From an uncultured archaeon (GTDB lineage: Archaea > Asgardarchaeota > Thorarchaeia > Thorarchaeales > Thorarchaeaceae): a stretch of 64,000 nucleotides of DNA. Location of the stretch: the NCBI GenBank assembly GCA_964458565.1, contig CAYWJO010000005.1, forward strand, positions 78,200-142,199. The letters are read 5' to 3'. A model generated the notes under the pieces. That model worked only from the letters and a program-made list of their open reading frames with translations. It searched no databases and had not been told where the DNA came from. Both the position numbers and the translations under genes were made by a program. Shown in pieces: positions 49,593 through 60,412 of this stretch (the first letter of the stretch is position 1; each line of letters begins with the position of its first letter).

Positions 49593-49890
49593 TATTGACG
49601 AAGTCCGATTAAGCATCAATTTACTGCTTGATGGATTAAAGAAGACATGTACTGAAATAGAATCCGATTACAATCGACTTCAAATAGCTCTCACGGGGTC
49701 TTTGAAACTCTTGGATGGTACTGAAGCAAAAACTCTTACTGCACTACACGGAAATTCAGCTGATTTGAAGCGGTACCTTATATCTCTAGTATCGGATCTA
49801 AAACAGAACACGATAAATCATTTACAGGGTTTTACTCATCATGTACAAGAAATACTAGAACAGATTGAGGGAATCGATAGAAAACACTAA
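49585..49890 (+). CDS. Hypothetical helical protein
   Basis: Overlaps the GINS stop; likely start ATG 49585. Confidence 0.55.
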   Translation: MNDIDEVRLSINLLLDGLKKTCTEIESDYNRLQIALTGSLKLLDGTEAKTLTALHGNSADLKRYLISLVSDLKQNTINHLQGFTHHVQEILEQIEGIDRKH

Positions 49891-49916
49891 GAGGACGGTT
49901 CGCACATCAATATATC

Positions 49917-50132
49917 ATGTCGCCTAATAGACGCTGGATTCTCATTGTGGGTGGTGCAATCTGCATTATATTGACTATTCTTGGCGTCATTTCATATCCA
50001 GCAGATAACCAAGGCATCCTCGAAATAATAGGATACTCAATTGGAATTCCTTTAGGAATTCTTGGTATTCTACTTCTCGTTTACTTCCGAGGATTACCCG
50101 AACAACCAGAGTTTTCGAAAAGTTCTGAATAA
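49917..50132 (+). CDS. Small two-TM membrane protein
   Basis: Two hydrophobic helices. Confidence 0.6.
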   Translation: MSPNRRWILIVGGAICIILTILGVISYPADNQGILEIIGYSIGIPLGILGILLLVYFRGLPEQPEFSKSSE

Positions 50133-50217
50133 TCCGTTACAGAATTAACTTTTAATACTCGTCAGAGTCCGCCGTCTTCAACAATCAGTCAAAGAACTAC
50201 TTTGGCGGTATGAAGTC

Positions 50218-50760
50218 ATGGCCGAAACAGAACAACCAGCAGGTCCTCCTGAAACCTTGGTGGACCCAATAGATATGTCTTCTCTGGATAGAAATTTCCG
50301 TGACGAAATAAAGAGTATGCCTAATGGTGATGAACTCTCCGCTTGTTTTGCATGTACCACTTGTACTGCAGCCTGTCCCATTGCTAATCAATGGAATTAC
50401 AAACCACATCAGTTGATACGTATGATTATTCTAGGAATGCGTGATGAAGTTCTATCTAGTAAAGAAATTTGGGAATGTTTGACTTGTTTTCAGTGTCAGG
50501 AACGTTGTCCACAAAAAGTTCGCGTCACTGACATATTCTTTGATACAAAGAACCTAGCTGCCGAGGAAGGTAAAATACCTGAAAACATCATTGGACTTGG
50601 CAGGGCTCTGTTAGAGGATGGACAATTATACACGGTTACAGCTGATTGGGAACGAGAAGATATGGATTTAGAGCCTGAAGTCCCTGGTCTCTCAACCGAT
50701 GCAATCAAGGAGATTCTAAAAGATACACGAACTGGTCGAATTGCAGGAGGCGATGAGTAG
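50218..50760 (+). CDS. hdrC: Heterodisulfide reductase subunit C-like
   Basis: CFACTTCTAACP and IWECLTCFQCQERCP. Confidence 0.9.
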   Translation: MAETEQPAGPPETLVDPIDMSSLDRNFRDEIKSMPNGDELSACFACTTCTAACPIANQWNYKPHQLIRMIILGMRDEVLSSKEIWECLTCFQCQERCPQKVRVTDIFFDTKNLAAEEGKIPENIIGLGRALLEDGQLYTVTADWEREDMDLEPEVPGLSTDAIKEILKDTRTGRIAGGDE

Positions 50761-51628
50761 AGTGCCAACATATAACCTGTACATGGGATGCAGTGTTCCT
50801 GCGAATTATCCTAATTATGAAACTTCAATGTTGAAGGTTGCAGAGGCTCTTGGAATGGAACTTGAATATATGGAGGGCGTAGCCTGCTGTGGCAGTCCAA
50901 ATCTTAGAGCAATAGACTACTTTGGCTGGTTAGTCGTTAATGCTCGAACACTTGCCATTGCAGAACAAAATGGGCATGACATAGTCACTCCCTGCAATGG
51001 ATGTTTTGGCTCACTGAAAGACGTGCACCATTTTCTCAAACACAATATAGAGCATCGTGAGAAGGTCAATAAAGAACTGAAGAAGATGAACTTGGAGTTC
51101 AAGGGCACGATAACTCCCCGCCATTTCATAGAGGCTCTATATACCGATATTGGTATAGAGGAGATAAAGAAGAAGGTTACCAATCCACTTGATGGTGTTG
51201 GAATTGCAATTCATTATGGTTGTCATCTCCTTAGACCTGCTGATGTCACTGAGATGAAACCAGATGTTTTCGACCACCTAGTTGAAGCGACAGGAGCAAA
51301 AGTGATTGAATACCCTCTTTGGAAGCAATGCTGCGGTGCCACGGTATTACCTGTTAATGAGCCTCTGGCAATTCGATTGGCAAGAGATAAGATCAAATCA
51401 ATGAAAGAATCCGGGGCAGAATATACAACTGTATGTTGTCCTGCATGTGGCAATCAGCTGGACTTGCAACAATTGGGTCTGAAGGAGTCTTACGGAGAAG
51501 TATACAATCTTCCTGTGCTACTTTATCCACAGATTTTGGCGTTGGCAATGGGTATGTCCGAAGAGGATGTTGGTCTTGAGATGAATCGTGTATCAGCTGA
51601 TTCTATCCTTGAACATCTCTCGGGTTGA
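50753..51628 (+). CDS. hdrB: Heterodisulfide reductase subunit B-like
   Basis: GC, CCG, PCNGC, HYGCH, CCG, C.AC..Q CCG-domain motifs. Confidence 0.92.
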   Translation: MSRVPTYNLYMGCSVPANYPNYETSMLKVAEALGMELEYMEGVACCGSPNLRAIDYFGWLVVNARTLAIAEQNGHDIVTPCNGCFGSLKDVHHFLKHNIEHREKVNKELKKMNLEFKGTITPRHFIEALYTDIGIEEIKKKVTNPLDGVGIAIHYGCHLLRPADVTEMKPDVFDHLVEATGAKVIEYPLWKQCCGATVLPVNEPLAIRLARDKIKSMKESGAEYTTVCCPACGNQLDLQQLGLKESYGEVYNLPVLLYPQILALAMGMSEEDVGLEMNRVSADSILEHLSG

Positions 51629-51642
51629 GGTGTTGATGCATA

Positions 51643-52893
51643 ATGAATAGTTCTGTCCTCATAATTGGTGCTGGCGTTGCAGGAATGACAGCTGCCGTGG
51701 AACTTGCAGATTCTGGCATCAAGACGATTCTTATTGACCGTGAATATACTATTGGTGGTAATGCAATAGATCTATACAAAGCATTTCCAACTGATGATTG
51801 TTTCTATTGTTTCGAGGGGAATAGATGGCGTTCTGGTATCAGAAAGTGTTTCTATCGTAGTGCCATGACTGACCAACCCAATATTGATCTAAAAATTGGG
51901 GCAAACGTTGTAGAGATAGGAGGAAAACCAGGTTCTTTTGAGGTTACACTCAATATCAAACCCAAATTTGTAGACCCAAATAAATGCACGATGTGTGGTC
52001 TATGCACTGAACACTCGTCAGCATTCAGACTGCTCTCTCCCCAATGTCAACCACAAGCAGTCATTTTTGATTCATCATTGACCGATGAAGGCGCCAAGAA
52101 GGCTGAAGAGGAGTGTCCTACCAAGGCAATCAATCTCTCAGCGGAATCAACCATTGAGAAAGTCAGTGTCTCCGACATTGTCATTGCTACTGGATTTCAT
52201 GAGATGAAACCTGTAAATGTGGATGAGTATGGATATGGAACTCATCCAAATATTATCACTCAGCTAGAACTTGCACAACTTATCGATCCTATCGGAAAAA
52301 CTGGAGGTGTGCTAAAACGTCCTTCAGATGGCAAAGAAGTCAAAAACGTGTTGATGGTTCAATGTGTAGGAAGCCGAGATGAAAATTACTATCCGTTCTG
52401 TTCCAAAATCTGCTGTGTTTTCGCATTGAAGCATGCCAATATACTTGCACTAGAACATGATGGCATATCAGTTGGTGTTGTTTACATGGACATGCGGACG
52501 TATGACCGTCATGAACACTATTATCGAAAGGCTCGTGAGGCGGGTGTCGATTTTATTCGTGGCAGAATAACGAATGTCAAACCCAATGAGGGTGGCACAC
52601 TTGATATAGTAGTCTATGACTCTCTTCTAGACAAATACCTGAAACACTCGGTGGACCTCTTCGTTTTATCATCAGCTCTCGAACCTTCAAAAGACTCTGA
52701 CTCTCTAATCTCATCTCTTGGGTTAAACAATGCTAGTGGTTACGTTGCACCTAAGGAGGGTCGCAATGTTGGTGAAGTTGTCGTAAGTGAGCATGTCTAT
52801 GCCTGTGGAGCTGCATTAGGACCCGCAGAAGTACCAGAAAGTGTAACCCAGGCACGAGCTGTAGCGAGTAAGATACTACAGAGCAGGAAGTGA
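51643..52893 (+). CDS. hdrA: HdrA-like flavoprotein (short, no N-terminal thioredoxin-like domain)
   Basis: IIGAGVAG, K.FPT.DC..C, IATG, QCVGSRD...CS..CC, YMDMRT. Confidence 0.88.
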   Translation: MNSSVLIIGAGVAGMTAAVELADSGIKTILIDREYTIGGNAIDLYKAFPTDDCFYCFEGNRWRSGIRKCFYRSAMTDQPNIDLKIGANVVEIGGKPGSFEVTLNIKPKFVDPNKCTMCGLCTEHSSAFRLLSPQCQPQAVIFDSSLTDEGAKKAEEECPTKAINLSAESTIEKVSVSDIVIATGFHEMKPVNVDEYGYGTHPNIITQLELAQLIDPIGKTGGVLKRPSDGKEVKNVLMVQCVGSRDENYYPFCSKICCVFALKHANILALEHDGISVGVVYMDMRTYDRHEHYYRKAREAGVDFIRGRITNVKPNEGGTLDIVVYDSLLDKYLKHSVDLFVLSSALEPSKDSDSLISSLGLNNASGYVAPKEGRNVGEVVVSEHVYACGAALGPAEVPESVTQARAVASKILQSRK

Positions 52894-52897
52894 AAAG

Positions 52898-55066
52898 ATG
52901 GCAGAAGAAAAGAAATCAACGATTCTACTCTGTAGTTGTGGTGGACAACTTGGTCTTGATTATGATATGCTCGTGAAGGAGCTGAACAAATCGAAGTCCG
53001 TATCTGATGTTCAATTATATGATTTAGTCTGCCAAGAAAATGGATTAAGTGAGATAGCTGACATCCTTCAGAAGACAGATGGTCCATTAGTAATTGCAGC
53101 CTGTACTAATCAGAAAATACAACCACGGATAGATCCATATTTGCGGTTCAAAAACTTGGATCCTTCCCGAGTGATGTATGTCAATATCCGTGAACATTGC
53201 GCATGGGTTCACGAAGATGTAACTGACTCTAGTAAGAAAGCACTTGATATGATTCGCGGTGGTCTAGCATTAAGTTCACTATCATCCCCAATAACAACCC
53301 AGAAGAAAACAATCAAGAATCATGTTACTGTGATTGGAGGCGGAATTGCAGGAATTGAGTCTGCTTTGAACCTCTCAAGTTTCGGATATGAGGTTTCACT
53401 AATCGAAGTGGAATCTGAGCTCGGAGGCCATCTGAGGAAATTACCTGTCATTGCTCCAGTTGGTAAATCCGGAAATGAAATACTCGAAATGAAATTGAAG
53501 GCACTCTCTCAAAACTCCCTAATCAATGTCATACCCAACACAAAAGTGAAGTATTTCGAGGGCGAAATGGGTAATTTTATGATTCATTATCTGACTAAGG
53601 AAGGAAATGAAGAATCGTTAGGGACCTCCGCAGTTGTACTTGCTACGGGATTTCAAGAATTCAAACCAACTATGATTGAAGAGTATCGGTATGGAAAGAA
53701 TCCCGATGTTATAACACAACTCGAATTATCTACAATGCTTACTGAGGGGAAACTAATTCGCCCGTCAAATGATGGTGAAGTAAAGAGTGTAATTATGATT
53801 CAATGTGTAGGAAGTAGATCGGAGGACTACAAACGAGATTGTAGCAAGCTATGTTGTACTTTTGCTATTGACAACTCAATTGAGATATTAAAGCACAATC
53901 CTGAGGCTCAGGTTAGAGTCATCTATATGGATATTCGCGTTCCATTTGAGAATGAAATGGTCTATCAGCAATCCCGTGATCTCGGAGTGGACTATATTCG
54001 CGGTAGAGTTAGCATGGTTTGGGAGAACGAAGGCAAAACCTATGTAAAATACTATGACTCACTTCTCAATAAATACTATGAAATTGAAACAGACCTTCTT
54101 GTTCTCTCAAGTGCCATTCTACCATCCCCCAGTCTTAGTCAATGGTCTGAATCACTAGGATATCTCTTGGAGGATGATGGACACGTAAAGGAGCTTTACG
54201 GAAAGCTTCGTAGGAATGAAACCCGACGTCGAGGAGTCATTGCTGTAGGTGCCGCAACGCGTCCTCAGTTTGTTCGCGAGTCTATCACAGAAGCGCAAGC
54301 CGGAGCATTAGTGTTACATTCCGAATTGCAAGGTGGTGAGATAGAGTCAATACAACGAGGTGCCATACTAAATGTAGATGATTGTGTTGGGTGCAGTTTG
54401 TGCGCTCAGCATTGCCCTCGTGGAGTTCCACTAATGATTGAACAGACAGAAGAAGAAGAAGAAATTGAGGGTCAAAAAATTCTGTTCAAAGCTGCCATTG
54501 ATATACTCAATTGCCACGCTTGTGGTGTTTGTCAAAGTTTGTGTCCGTCAGCAGCAATCCAACTCAACTTCCTAACAAACGAACAACTCTGGGTACAAAT
54601 CGAAGCTGTCCTTGAAGATGCTGGGTCTGACTATCCTCTCACTTTATGTTTCTATTGCGAGGAATGTGCAGTATCAACAATTGACATAGTTGGAACTCTA
54701 CGACGACACTATCCAGCTAGCACCCGCTTAATTCCAGTTCCTTGTGCCGGACGTGTATCGATTATTGATATTCTCAAAGCCTTTGAACATGGTGCAAGCA
54801 CAGTTATGATTGCTGCCTGTGAAACAGACCGGTGTCATTTCGGAGGTACAGGAAATGAAATTGCGCAAGTTCAGGTTGATGTCGCTCGTGAAATATTGAA
54901 CGCAATTGGCTGGGACGGAGAGCGTGTAGAAATGTTCCGGATGTTCAGTGCAGAGCCGGACCGATTTTTGACTGCTGTAAATGAGATGGTTAAACGGGCG
55001 AATGAGCTGGGTGCTACTCCTGTGCATCTAGGTACCGCTGGTAAATGGAAGGAGGTTGCAGAGTGA
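52898..55066 (+). CDS. HdrA-MvhD fusion protein
   Basis: CSCG...C...AC...VNIREHC.WVH, IGGGIAG, QCVGSR..CS..CC, two ferredoxin motifs, MvhD C..C, VPCAGRV, AC....CH. Confidence 0.88.
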   Translation: MAEEKKSTILLCSCGGQLGLDYDMLVKELNKSKSVSDVQLYDLVCQENGLSEIADILQKTDGPLVIAACTNQKIQPRIDPYLRFKNLDPSRVMYVNIREHCAWVHEDVTDSSKKALDMIRGGLALSSLSSPITTQKKTIKNHVTVIGGGIAGIESALNLSSFGYEVSLIEVESELGGHLRKLPVIAPVGKSGNEILEMKLKALSQNSLINVIPNTKVKYFEGEMGNFMIHYLTKEGNEESLGTSAVVLATGFQEFKPTMIEEYRYGKNPDVITQLELSTMLTEGKLIRPSNDGEVKSVIMIQCVGSRSEDYKRDCSKLCCTFAIDNSIEILKHNPEAQVRVIYMDIRVPFENEMVYQQSRDLGVDYIRGRVSMVWENEGKTYVKYYDSLLNKYYEIETDLLVLSSAILPSPSLSQWSESLGYLLEDDGHVKELYGKLRRNETRRRGVIAVGAATRPQFVRESITEAQAGALVLHSELQGGEIESIQRGAILNVDDCVGCSLCAQHCPRGVPLMIEQTEEEEEIEGQKILFKAAIDILNCHACGVCQSLCPSAAIQLNFLTNEQLWVQIEAVLEDAGSDYPLTLCFYCEECAVSTIDIVGTLRRHYPASTRLIPVPCAGRVSIIDILKAFEHGASTVMIAACETDRCHFGGTGNEIAQVQVDVAREILNAIGWDGERVEMFRMFSAEPDRFLTAVNEMVKRANELGATPVHLGTAGKWKEVAE

Positions 55067-57987
55067 AAACCCCCGACATCATGGATGGAATGGCTCCCAA
55101 GCGTAAACGCATGATGGATATGATTTTGGCATTGAGTGGACTTAAGGAAGAAGCCACCGTTCCACCTGGGAAGATAACCGAAGAGATAGAATCTCTAAAG
55201 ATTGAGTTGAGCCCATTAATTGAGGAAATTCTTAATTTTCCTGACGAGTATTTTGAGGCTTTTGTCACAACTGCCGAGAAGACCAAACTAGCTGAACATA
55301 TAGCGGATAAGAGTGTTTTAGAATCTAGCATAGAGAGTTTGGAACAATCCTCTTCTATTACAAGTATCAAGGGTATTGAAAGACTACTAAAAGAACTAAA
55401 AGTTGCGCTGAAAAAGGCTGAAGAGGAATCAAAATCTTCAGAAGAGATCAAAACTCTTGTCGATGAACTACTAGAGGTTAAATCAAGTGTACATAGCAAT
55501 CCCCAGTCCGCACAGGCTCTTCTTGAGAAGCTCGATATAAAAATTAGATATGGTGTTCCTCCATGTCATGTTGCTTGTCCTGCGGGAGTCCGAGTACAGA
55601 GATTCGTCAATCTCACTCGGGATGAGCAATTTGAAGAAGCTTTGGAACTCATGAGGACTACATATCCATTTGCTGGAACATTGGGTCGTGTTTGTAATGC
55701 TCCCTGTGAAGATGATTGTACTCGTGGGCGTATTGATCAATCCGTAAGCATCCGAAACCTTCACAGATTTCTGGCTGATAATGAAAGAGCAAAAGGACCG
55801 AAAGTCCCTGCAAAACCCAGTCTTGACAAGAGTGATAAAGTTGCGATAATCGGGGCTGGTCCTGCAGGAATTGGCTGTGCTTATGACCTTGCAAGAAAAG
55901 GATATCAAGTGACTATTTTTGAAGCACAACCAAAATCTGGGGGTCTTTTGAGATATGGTATCCCATCCTATCGACTTCCACGTGATATACTCGAAGATGA
56001 GATAACTTATGTGGAGAATCTGGGTGTGGAGATAAAAACGGGAAAGCGAATATCATCTCCAAGTGCTTTGTTGCAGGAGGGTTTCAAAGCTGTTTTTGTT
56101 GCAACAGGTGCTGCCTCTAGTAGGGCAATGAAAATAGAAGGTGAGGATGCCAAAGGTGTTCATCATGCACTTAATTTTCTCGAACAGGTCAACAAGGATG
56201 AGAAGGTGTCACTTGGTAAGCGCGTGGCAGTAATTGGGGGTGGAAACGCTGCTGTTGACTCTGCTCGAGTCGCTCGACGACTTGGTTGTGAGGTCACCAT
56301 GATTTACCGGCGGTCCAGAAATGAGATGCCTGCTCATCATCTTGAAATCGAAGCCACTGAGGATGAAGGTATCAAGATTATGTTGCTTTCAACACCCATT
56401 CGCGTTCTTGAGTCAGATGGTAAGGTCACAGGCCTTGAATGTATTAGGATGAGGTTAGGAGAACCTGATTCATCTGGCCGTAGACGTCCTGAACCAATTC
56501 CTGAATCAGAATTCATTGTAGAAGTGGACGATGTCATAATCGCAATTGGTCAGTTGATTGCCCCCGAGGATTACTTTTCTGATTTAGATTATACAGCTTG
56601 GGGTTGGATAAATGCAGACCCTATCACATTTCAGACCAATATAGAGGGTGTCTTCGCAGGGGGCGATGCCGTATCAGGACCTGCTACAGTTGTCAAAGCA
56701 GTAGGAGCTGGAAAGAGCGCTGCAACTGCAATTGATCATTATTTGATTGGAAACGAACTTGCTATTGCAATGGAAGATAAAGGAAGAATTGTTGCAAATG
56801 TCGATGCCGATAGGGTACAGACTGAGGAAGAACGACGTGCGCATATGCCTGAGCTTGAGGTTGAACAACGAGAAGGGAATTTCAACGAAGTAGAGCTTGG
56901 ATTCGACTCAAAAACTGCATCTTGCGAAGCATCACGGTGTATTAATTGTTCACTCTCAAATATGACTGTAAATGTCTACGGTGAAGAAATTGACCCTTCA
57001 ACTCATGAAAAATTGACGGCTGAATACCTAAATAACGAAATTGAGCGTGGAGCACTCATCACACTAATTCATCATCTGGGGGCAATGACTGCAAAGGGTC
57101 TTGCAGAGAAAACAGGATTGCCTCAAAATAGAGTTCTCCAGCATTTGTTACGTATGAAACGAAGCGAGCTTCTAGTAATCACCGGTGAAACACACGGTTA
57201 TCTACTCTATGATGTACCACGGACTCCTACAGAATCAGAAACCACATTAGAAACCATAAGCACTCTTGCATTGCAGTTAGCACAGGCAAAGACCAATCTC
57301 GGCGCGATAATGAGCGATCTGAAAGCACAAGATATAGGAAATCTTGCGAATGCACTTGAAGTATTCTCACGAGCTCGTGACAGACTTCAGAGAGTCACAA
57401 TTAGTGGGGCTATCATCAAGGAAAATGATCTAATCGCAATTGAGGAAAAAATCAGGTCCGCAGTTGTGACTACTACGAGAACACGTGCTAGATTACCAAG
57501 TACACGTCCGAGGATGACCATTGAGGATTTGGTGGATATCGATGTACCATCCGTTTTGGAGGAGTACGAATCTCAGATGGGTTACACACCTCTTCTTGGA
57601 TTTGGTACTATTAATTGGGACGATTCAAAATGTCTTGGTTGTAAATCCTGTGAAATTATATGTCCAGAAGATGCAATAAAGCTAAAACCAGTACTAGATA
57701 CCCCAAGAATCTTCGAAATTGATGATGAGTCAATGAAGGGGCTCCCTGTCAATAAATCACTCTTCTATCAGACAGTAAGAAATCTTTCTGTAAAGAAACC
57801 ATCTCAGAAGATACAACTAGCTGCTGAAGCACCTGGATTTGGTACTGTTGAAACTGACCTATACCTTTGTATCGGCTGCAGATCATGTGTGAGGAGATGT
57901 CCCGGACCGGGTGATGGTGCACTTGAACTTGAATTGAAGTGGACACTTCCTGAGGTCATTCGTCAAATCACAGCACAAACACAATAA
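55063..57987 (+). CDS. Multidomain GltD/NfnB-like FAD/NAD(P) oxidoreductase with coiled coil, wHTH and C-terminal ferredoxin
   Basis: PPC..ACP, GRVC..PCE..C, IIGAGPAG, GIP.YRLP, VIGGGN.A.D.AR, YRR, FAGGD, EA.RC..C; CLGCKSCE..CP and CIGCRSC...CP. Confidence 0.85.
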   Translation: MKTPDIMDGMAPKRKRMMDMILALSGLKEEATVPPGKITEEIESLKIELSPLIEEILNFPDEYFEAFVTTAEKTKLAEHIADKSVLESSIESLEQSSSITSIKGIERLLKELKVALKKAEEESKSSEEIKTLVDELLEVKSSVHSNPQSAQALLEKLDIKIRYGVPPCHVACPAGVRVQRFVNLTRDEQFEEALELMRTTYPFAGTLGRVCNAPCEDDCTRGRIDQSVSIRNLHRFLADNERAKGPKVPAKPSLDKSDKVAIIGAGPAGIGCAYDLARKGYQVTIFEAQPKSGGLLRYGIPSYRLPRDILEDEITYVENLGVEIKTGKRISSPSALLQEGFKAVFVATGAASSRAMKIEGEDAKGVHHALNFLEQVNKDEKVSLGKRVAVIGGGNAAVDSARVARRLGCEVTMIYRRSRNEMPAHHLEIEATEDEGIKIMLLSTPIRVLESDGKVTGLECIRMRLGEPDSSGRRRPEPIPESEFIVEVDDVIIAIGQLIAPEDYFSDLDYTAWGWINADPITFQTNIEGVFAGGDAVSGPATVVKAVGAGKSAATAIDHYLIGNELAIAMEDKGRIVANVDADRVQTEEERRAHMPELEVEQREGNFNEVELGFDSKTASCEASRCINCSLSNMTVNVYGEEIDPSTHEKLTAEYLNNEIERGALITLIHHLGAMTAKGLAEKTGLPQNRVLQHLLRMKRSELLVITGETHGYLLYDVPRTPTESETTLETISTLALQLAQAKTNLGAIMSDLKAQDIGNLANALEVFSRARDRLQRVTISGAIIKENDLIAIEEKIRSAVVTTTRTRARLPSTRPRMTIEDLVDIDVPSVLEEYESQMGYTPLLGFGTINWDDSKCLGCKSCEIICPEDAIKLKPVLDTPRIFEIDDESMKGLPVNKSLFYQTVRNLSVKKPSQKIQLAAEAPGFGTVETDLYLCIGCRSCVRRCPGPGDGALELELKWTLPEVIRQITAQTQ

Positions 57988-58078
57988 TGAATCTATAATC
58001 AATTCCCTACATATGGTACATCTAATAAGAGACTTTCACTAAGTGATAAAATATCAAGGAATATTTGGGGACACATAG

Positions 58079-59278
58079 ATGATTGACTTCTCACTTACAA
58101 ATGAACAGCTCGAGATACAAAAGAAAGCTAGAGATTTCGCTCAAGAGTATATGATTCCTTACGCACAATATTACGACAAAACTGGCGAATTTCCTCGTCC
58201 TATCATTCAGAAGTGTTGGGAGCAAGGATTGATGAATCTCAGTATTCCTAAGGAATACGGTGGTCCCAATCTAGGTTCGATTGAACAGTGTATTGTTGTT
58301 GAGGAAATGGCAGCCGGATGTGCAGGTATGACCACAAGCATCTATGTCAACTCATTGGGTGCAGAACCAATTCTAATCGCAGGTAATGAACAGCAGAAAG
58401 AGAAGTATCTCCGTCCGTTAATTGAGGAGTTTAAGTTTGTAAGCTTTGCATGTTCCGAACCTGGAATGGGTAGTGATGTTGCTGGCATCCAGACACGTGC
58501 AGAAAAAGAAGGTGACCATTATGTTCTCAATGGCTCTAAATTTTGGATTACAAATGCGCCTCATGCAGATTATTTCACCGTCTTTGCTAGTCTGGATCCA
58601 AGTAAACGACATAAAACATTGTGTGCTTTCATTGTTGATGCCGATACGCCTGGTCTTAAGACTGGCAAACCTGTTGAAAAAATGGGCCATAGAGCGTCAA
58701 CAACCTCATCAGTCATTCTCAGGGATGCAAAAGTACCTGAAGAGAACTTACTCGGTGGCGAGGGAATGGGATTTCGTATCGCAATGCAGACCTTTGCTAT
58801 GACTCGTCCATCCATCGCGGCATTTGCTACGGGCCTTGCTCGCTCTGCAATGGAGTACACCCGTGAATATGTGAATAAGAGAGAGGCATTCGAACAGAAA
58901 CTTCGCGATTTTCAAGCGATTCAATTCAAGCTCGCAGAAATGTACATGAAGATCGAAGCATCACGAGCTCTGTATCTGAAAGCTGCTTGGACTGCTGATA
59001 ATAAGGGTGATGCTACAATCGCCGCCAGTGTGGCAAAGGCTTATGCCACTGATGCAGCAATGTGGGTTGCCAGTGAAGCTGTACAAATTCATGGAGGGTA
59101 TGGCTACATCGATACGCGTCCAATAGAGAAGCTATTCAGAGATGCCAAGTTATATCAGATTTATGAAGGAACAAGTGAAGTTCAACGATTAATCCTAGGC
59201 CGTCATGTATTGGACAGATACACTCCGACAATGGAAAATATACCTAAGTGGGGTATGAAGAGCAAACCCGATTTCTAG
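58079..59278 (+). CDS. Acyl-CoA dehydrogenase
   Basis: SEPG.GSD, NGSKFWITN, KMG.R, R.AF...L..FQ.IQF.LA, Q.HGG.G, IYEGT.EVQ. Confidence 0.95.
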   Translation: MIDFSLTNEQLEIQKKARDFAQEYMIPYAQYYDKTGEFPRPIIQKCWEQGLMNLSIPKEYGGPNLGSIEQCIVVEEMAAGCAGMTTSIYVNSLGAEPILIAGNEQQKEKYLRPLIEEFKFVSFACSEPGMGSDVAGIQTRAEKEGDHYVLNGSKFWITNAPHADYFTVFASLDPSKRHKTLCAFIVDADTPGLKTGKPVEKMGHRASTTSSVILRDAKVPEENLLGGEGMGFRIAMQTFAMTRPSIAAFATGLARSAMEYTREYVNKREAFEQKLRDFQAIQFKLAEMYMKIEASRALYLKAAWTADNKGDATIAASVAKAYATDAAMWVASEAVQIHGGYGYIDTRPIEKLFRDAKLYQIYEGTSEVQRLILGRHVLDRYTPTMENIPKWGMKSKPDF

Positions 59279-59298
59279 AATCAAGTGGTGATTATCGA

Positions 59299-59667
59299 AT
59301 GATTGTTCGTCGATTAAATGAAGTAGATGAGATTGTAGCTCTGGATGAATCGATTGTCCGAGAACTTCTCAATCCAAATCACGAGCCAGTGAAGTTGAAG
59401 CTCAATTATAGTCTGGCACACGCCACCGTCAAATCCGGGTTATCAACACTTCCTCATAGATTTCATGAAGCATCAGAAGTCTATTACATTCTCAAGGGCA
59501 CCGGATTGATGCACATAGATAATGAATCTCATAAGGTGAGCCCAGGAGCCATGATATATATCCCCCCAAAAGGTGTTCAGTACATAGAGAATACTGGTTC
59601 TACTGACTTAGAATTTCTTTGTATAGTGAATCCCGCATGGTTTCCGGAAGCAGAAGAAGTAGTATAG
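59299..59667 (+). CDS. Cupin domain protein
   Basis: H....SEVYYIL.G.G, V.PG..IYIP....Q...N.G...L.FL. Confidence 0.85.
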   Translation: MIVRRLNEVDEIVALDESIVRELLNPNHEPVKLKLNYSLAHATVKSGLSTLPHRFHEASEVYYILKGTGLMHIDNESHKVSPGAMIYIPPKGVQYIENTGSTDLEFLCIVNPAWFPEAEEVV

Positions 59668-59681
59668 TCCAATAGTCCGTC

Positions 59682-60125
59682 CTAAACTAAACCTTCCAAA
59701 GACCGACTAATCAGTATATTGACAATTCGTTTAGAAACAAATCCTTTGACAACTGCATTCACAAAATCCAACCGGTCAAAATACAATCTCAAGCTCTTGA
59801 TTTTATAATCCTCGTAAACGAGAACTTCGGATTGTTTTGACTCTACCACTGATCCATCCTGTAATGTCCCCATTAGTACGAACTCTTCAAAGAATATGTT
59901 GTTCTCAACAATGATGATGGATGGAATAAATTTGACCTTTACAAGATGTGTAAAGAGCCAATCAAGCCAGGTTCTAACTCCATCCTTACCTTTCAAAACT
60001 ACTCCGAGCAGTTCAATTTCGCAATCATCGGTGAATGCATTAACCATCATCTCAATATCTCGTTTCTCAATGGCATTATCGAATTCCATTGCCACCTCTC
60101 GTATCTTGTCTGAATCCTGATTCAA
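59682..60125 (-). CDS. SnoaL/NTF2-like protein
   Basis: F..A....D...M...F.DD, G..GVR.W, KI...R.YFD. Confidence 0.8.
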   Translation of the reverse strand: MNQDSDKIREVAMEFDNAIEKRDIEMMVNAFTDDCEIELLGVVLKGKDGVRTWLDWLFTHLVKVKFIPSIIIVENNIFFEEFVLMGTLQDGSVVESKQSEVLVYEDYKIKSLRLYFDRLDFVNAVVKGFVSKRIVNILISRSLEGLV

Positions 60126-60264
60126 TGTAAAATCGCCATATTATCAAATTACACTTCTTGCGTATCAATATTACTGACTAAAGACAGCAAAAACCGAATT
60201 GGATTTGATTTAATGCATCACCCTTAATATGAGGTGAAAGGTTTACAAGGCCCCCTCCACCTAG

Positions 60265-60393
60265 TTGGTATCTTCATCAGCATATAACGTACTTGCAAGG
60301 GCACATCAAGCTTCAGGTGAAAATGAAGAAGCAGAACATTGTATCAAAATTGCTGAAAAATTTGATCAAATGGCTAAGGAACACCATCAATAA
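60265..60393 (+). pseudogene. Possible TPR gene remnant
   Basis: AYNVLARAHQASGENEEAEHCIKIAEK fits a single TPR; no convincing N-terminus. Confidence 0.35.
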
Positions 60394-60412
60394 TCGTATA
60401 TCAGCATCCAAT

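Noticed and set aside
50218-57987. Selenocysteine recoding in the Hdr/MvhD genes
   Set aside because: The reading frames are uninterrupted, with Cys at the expected positions and no internal TGA
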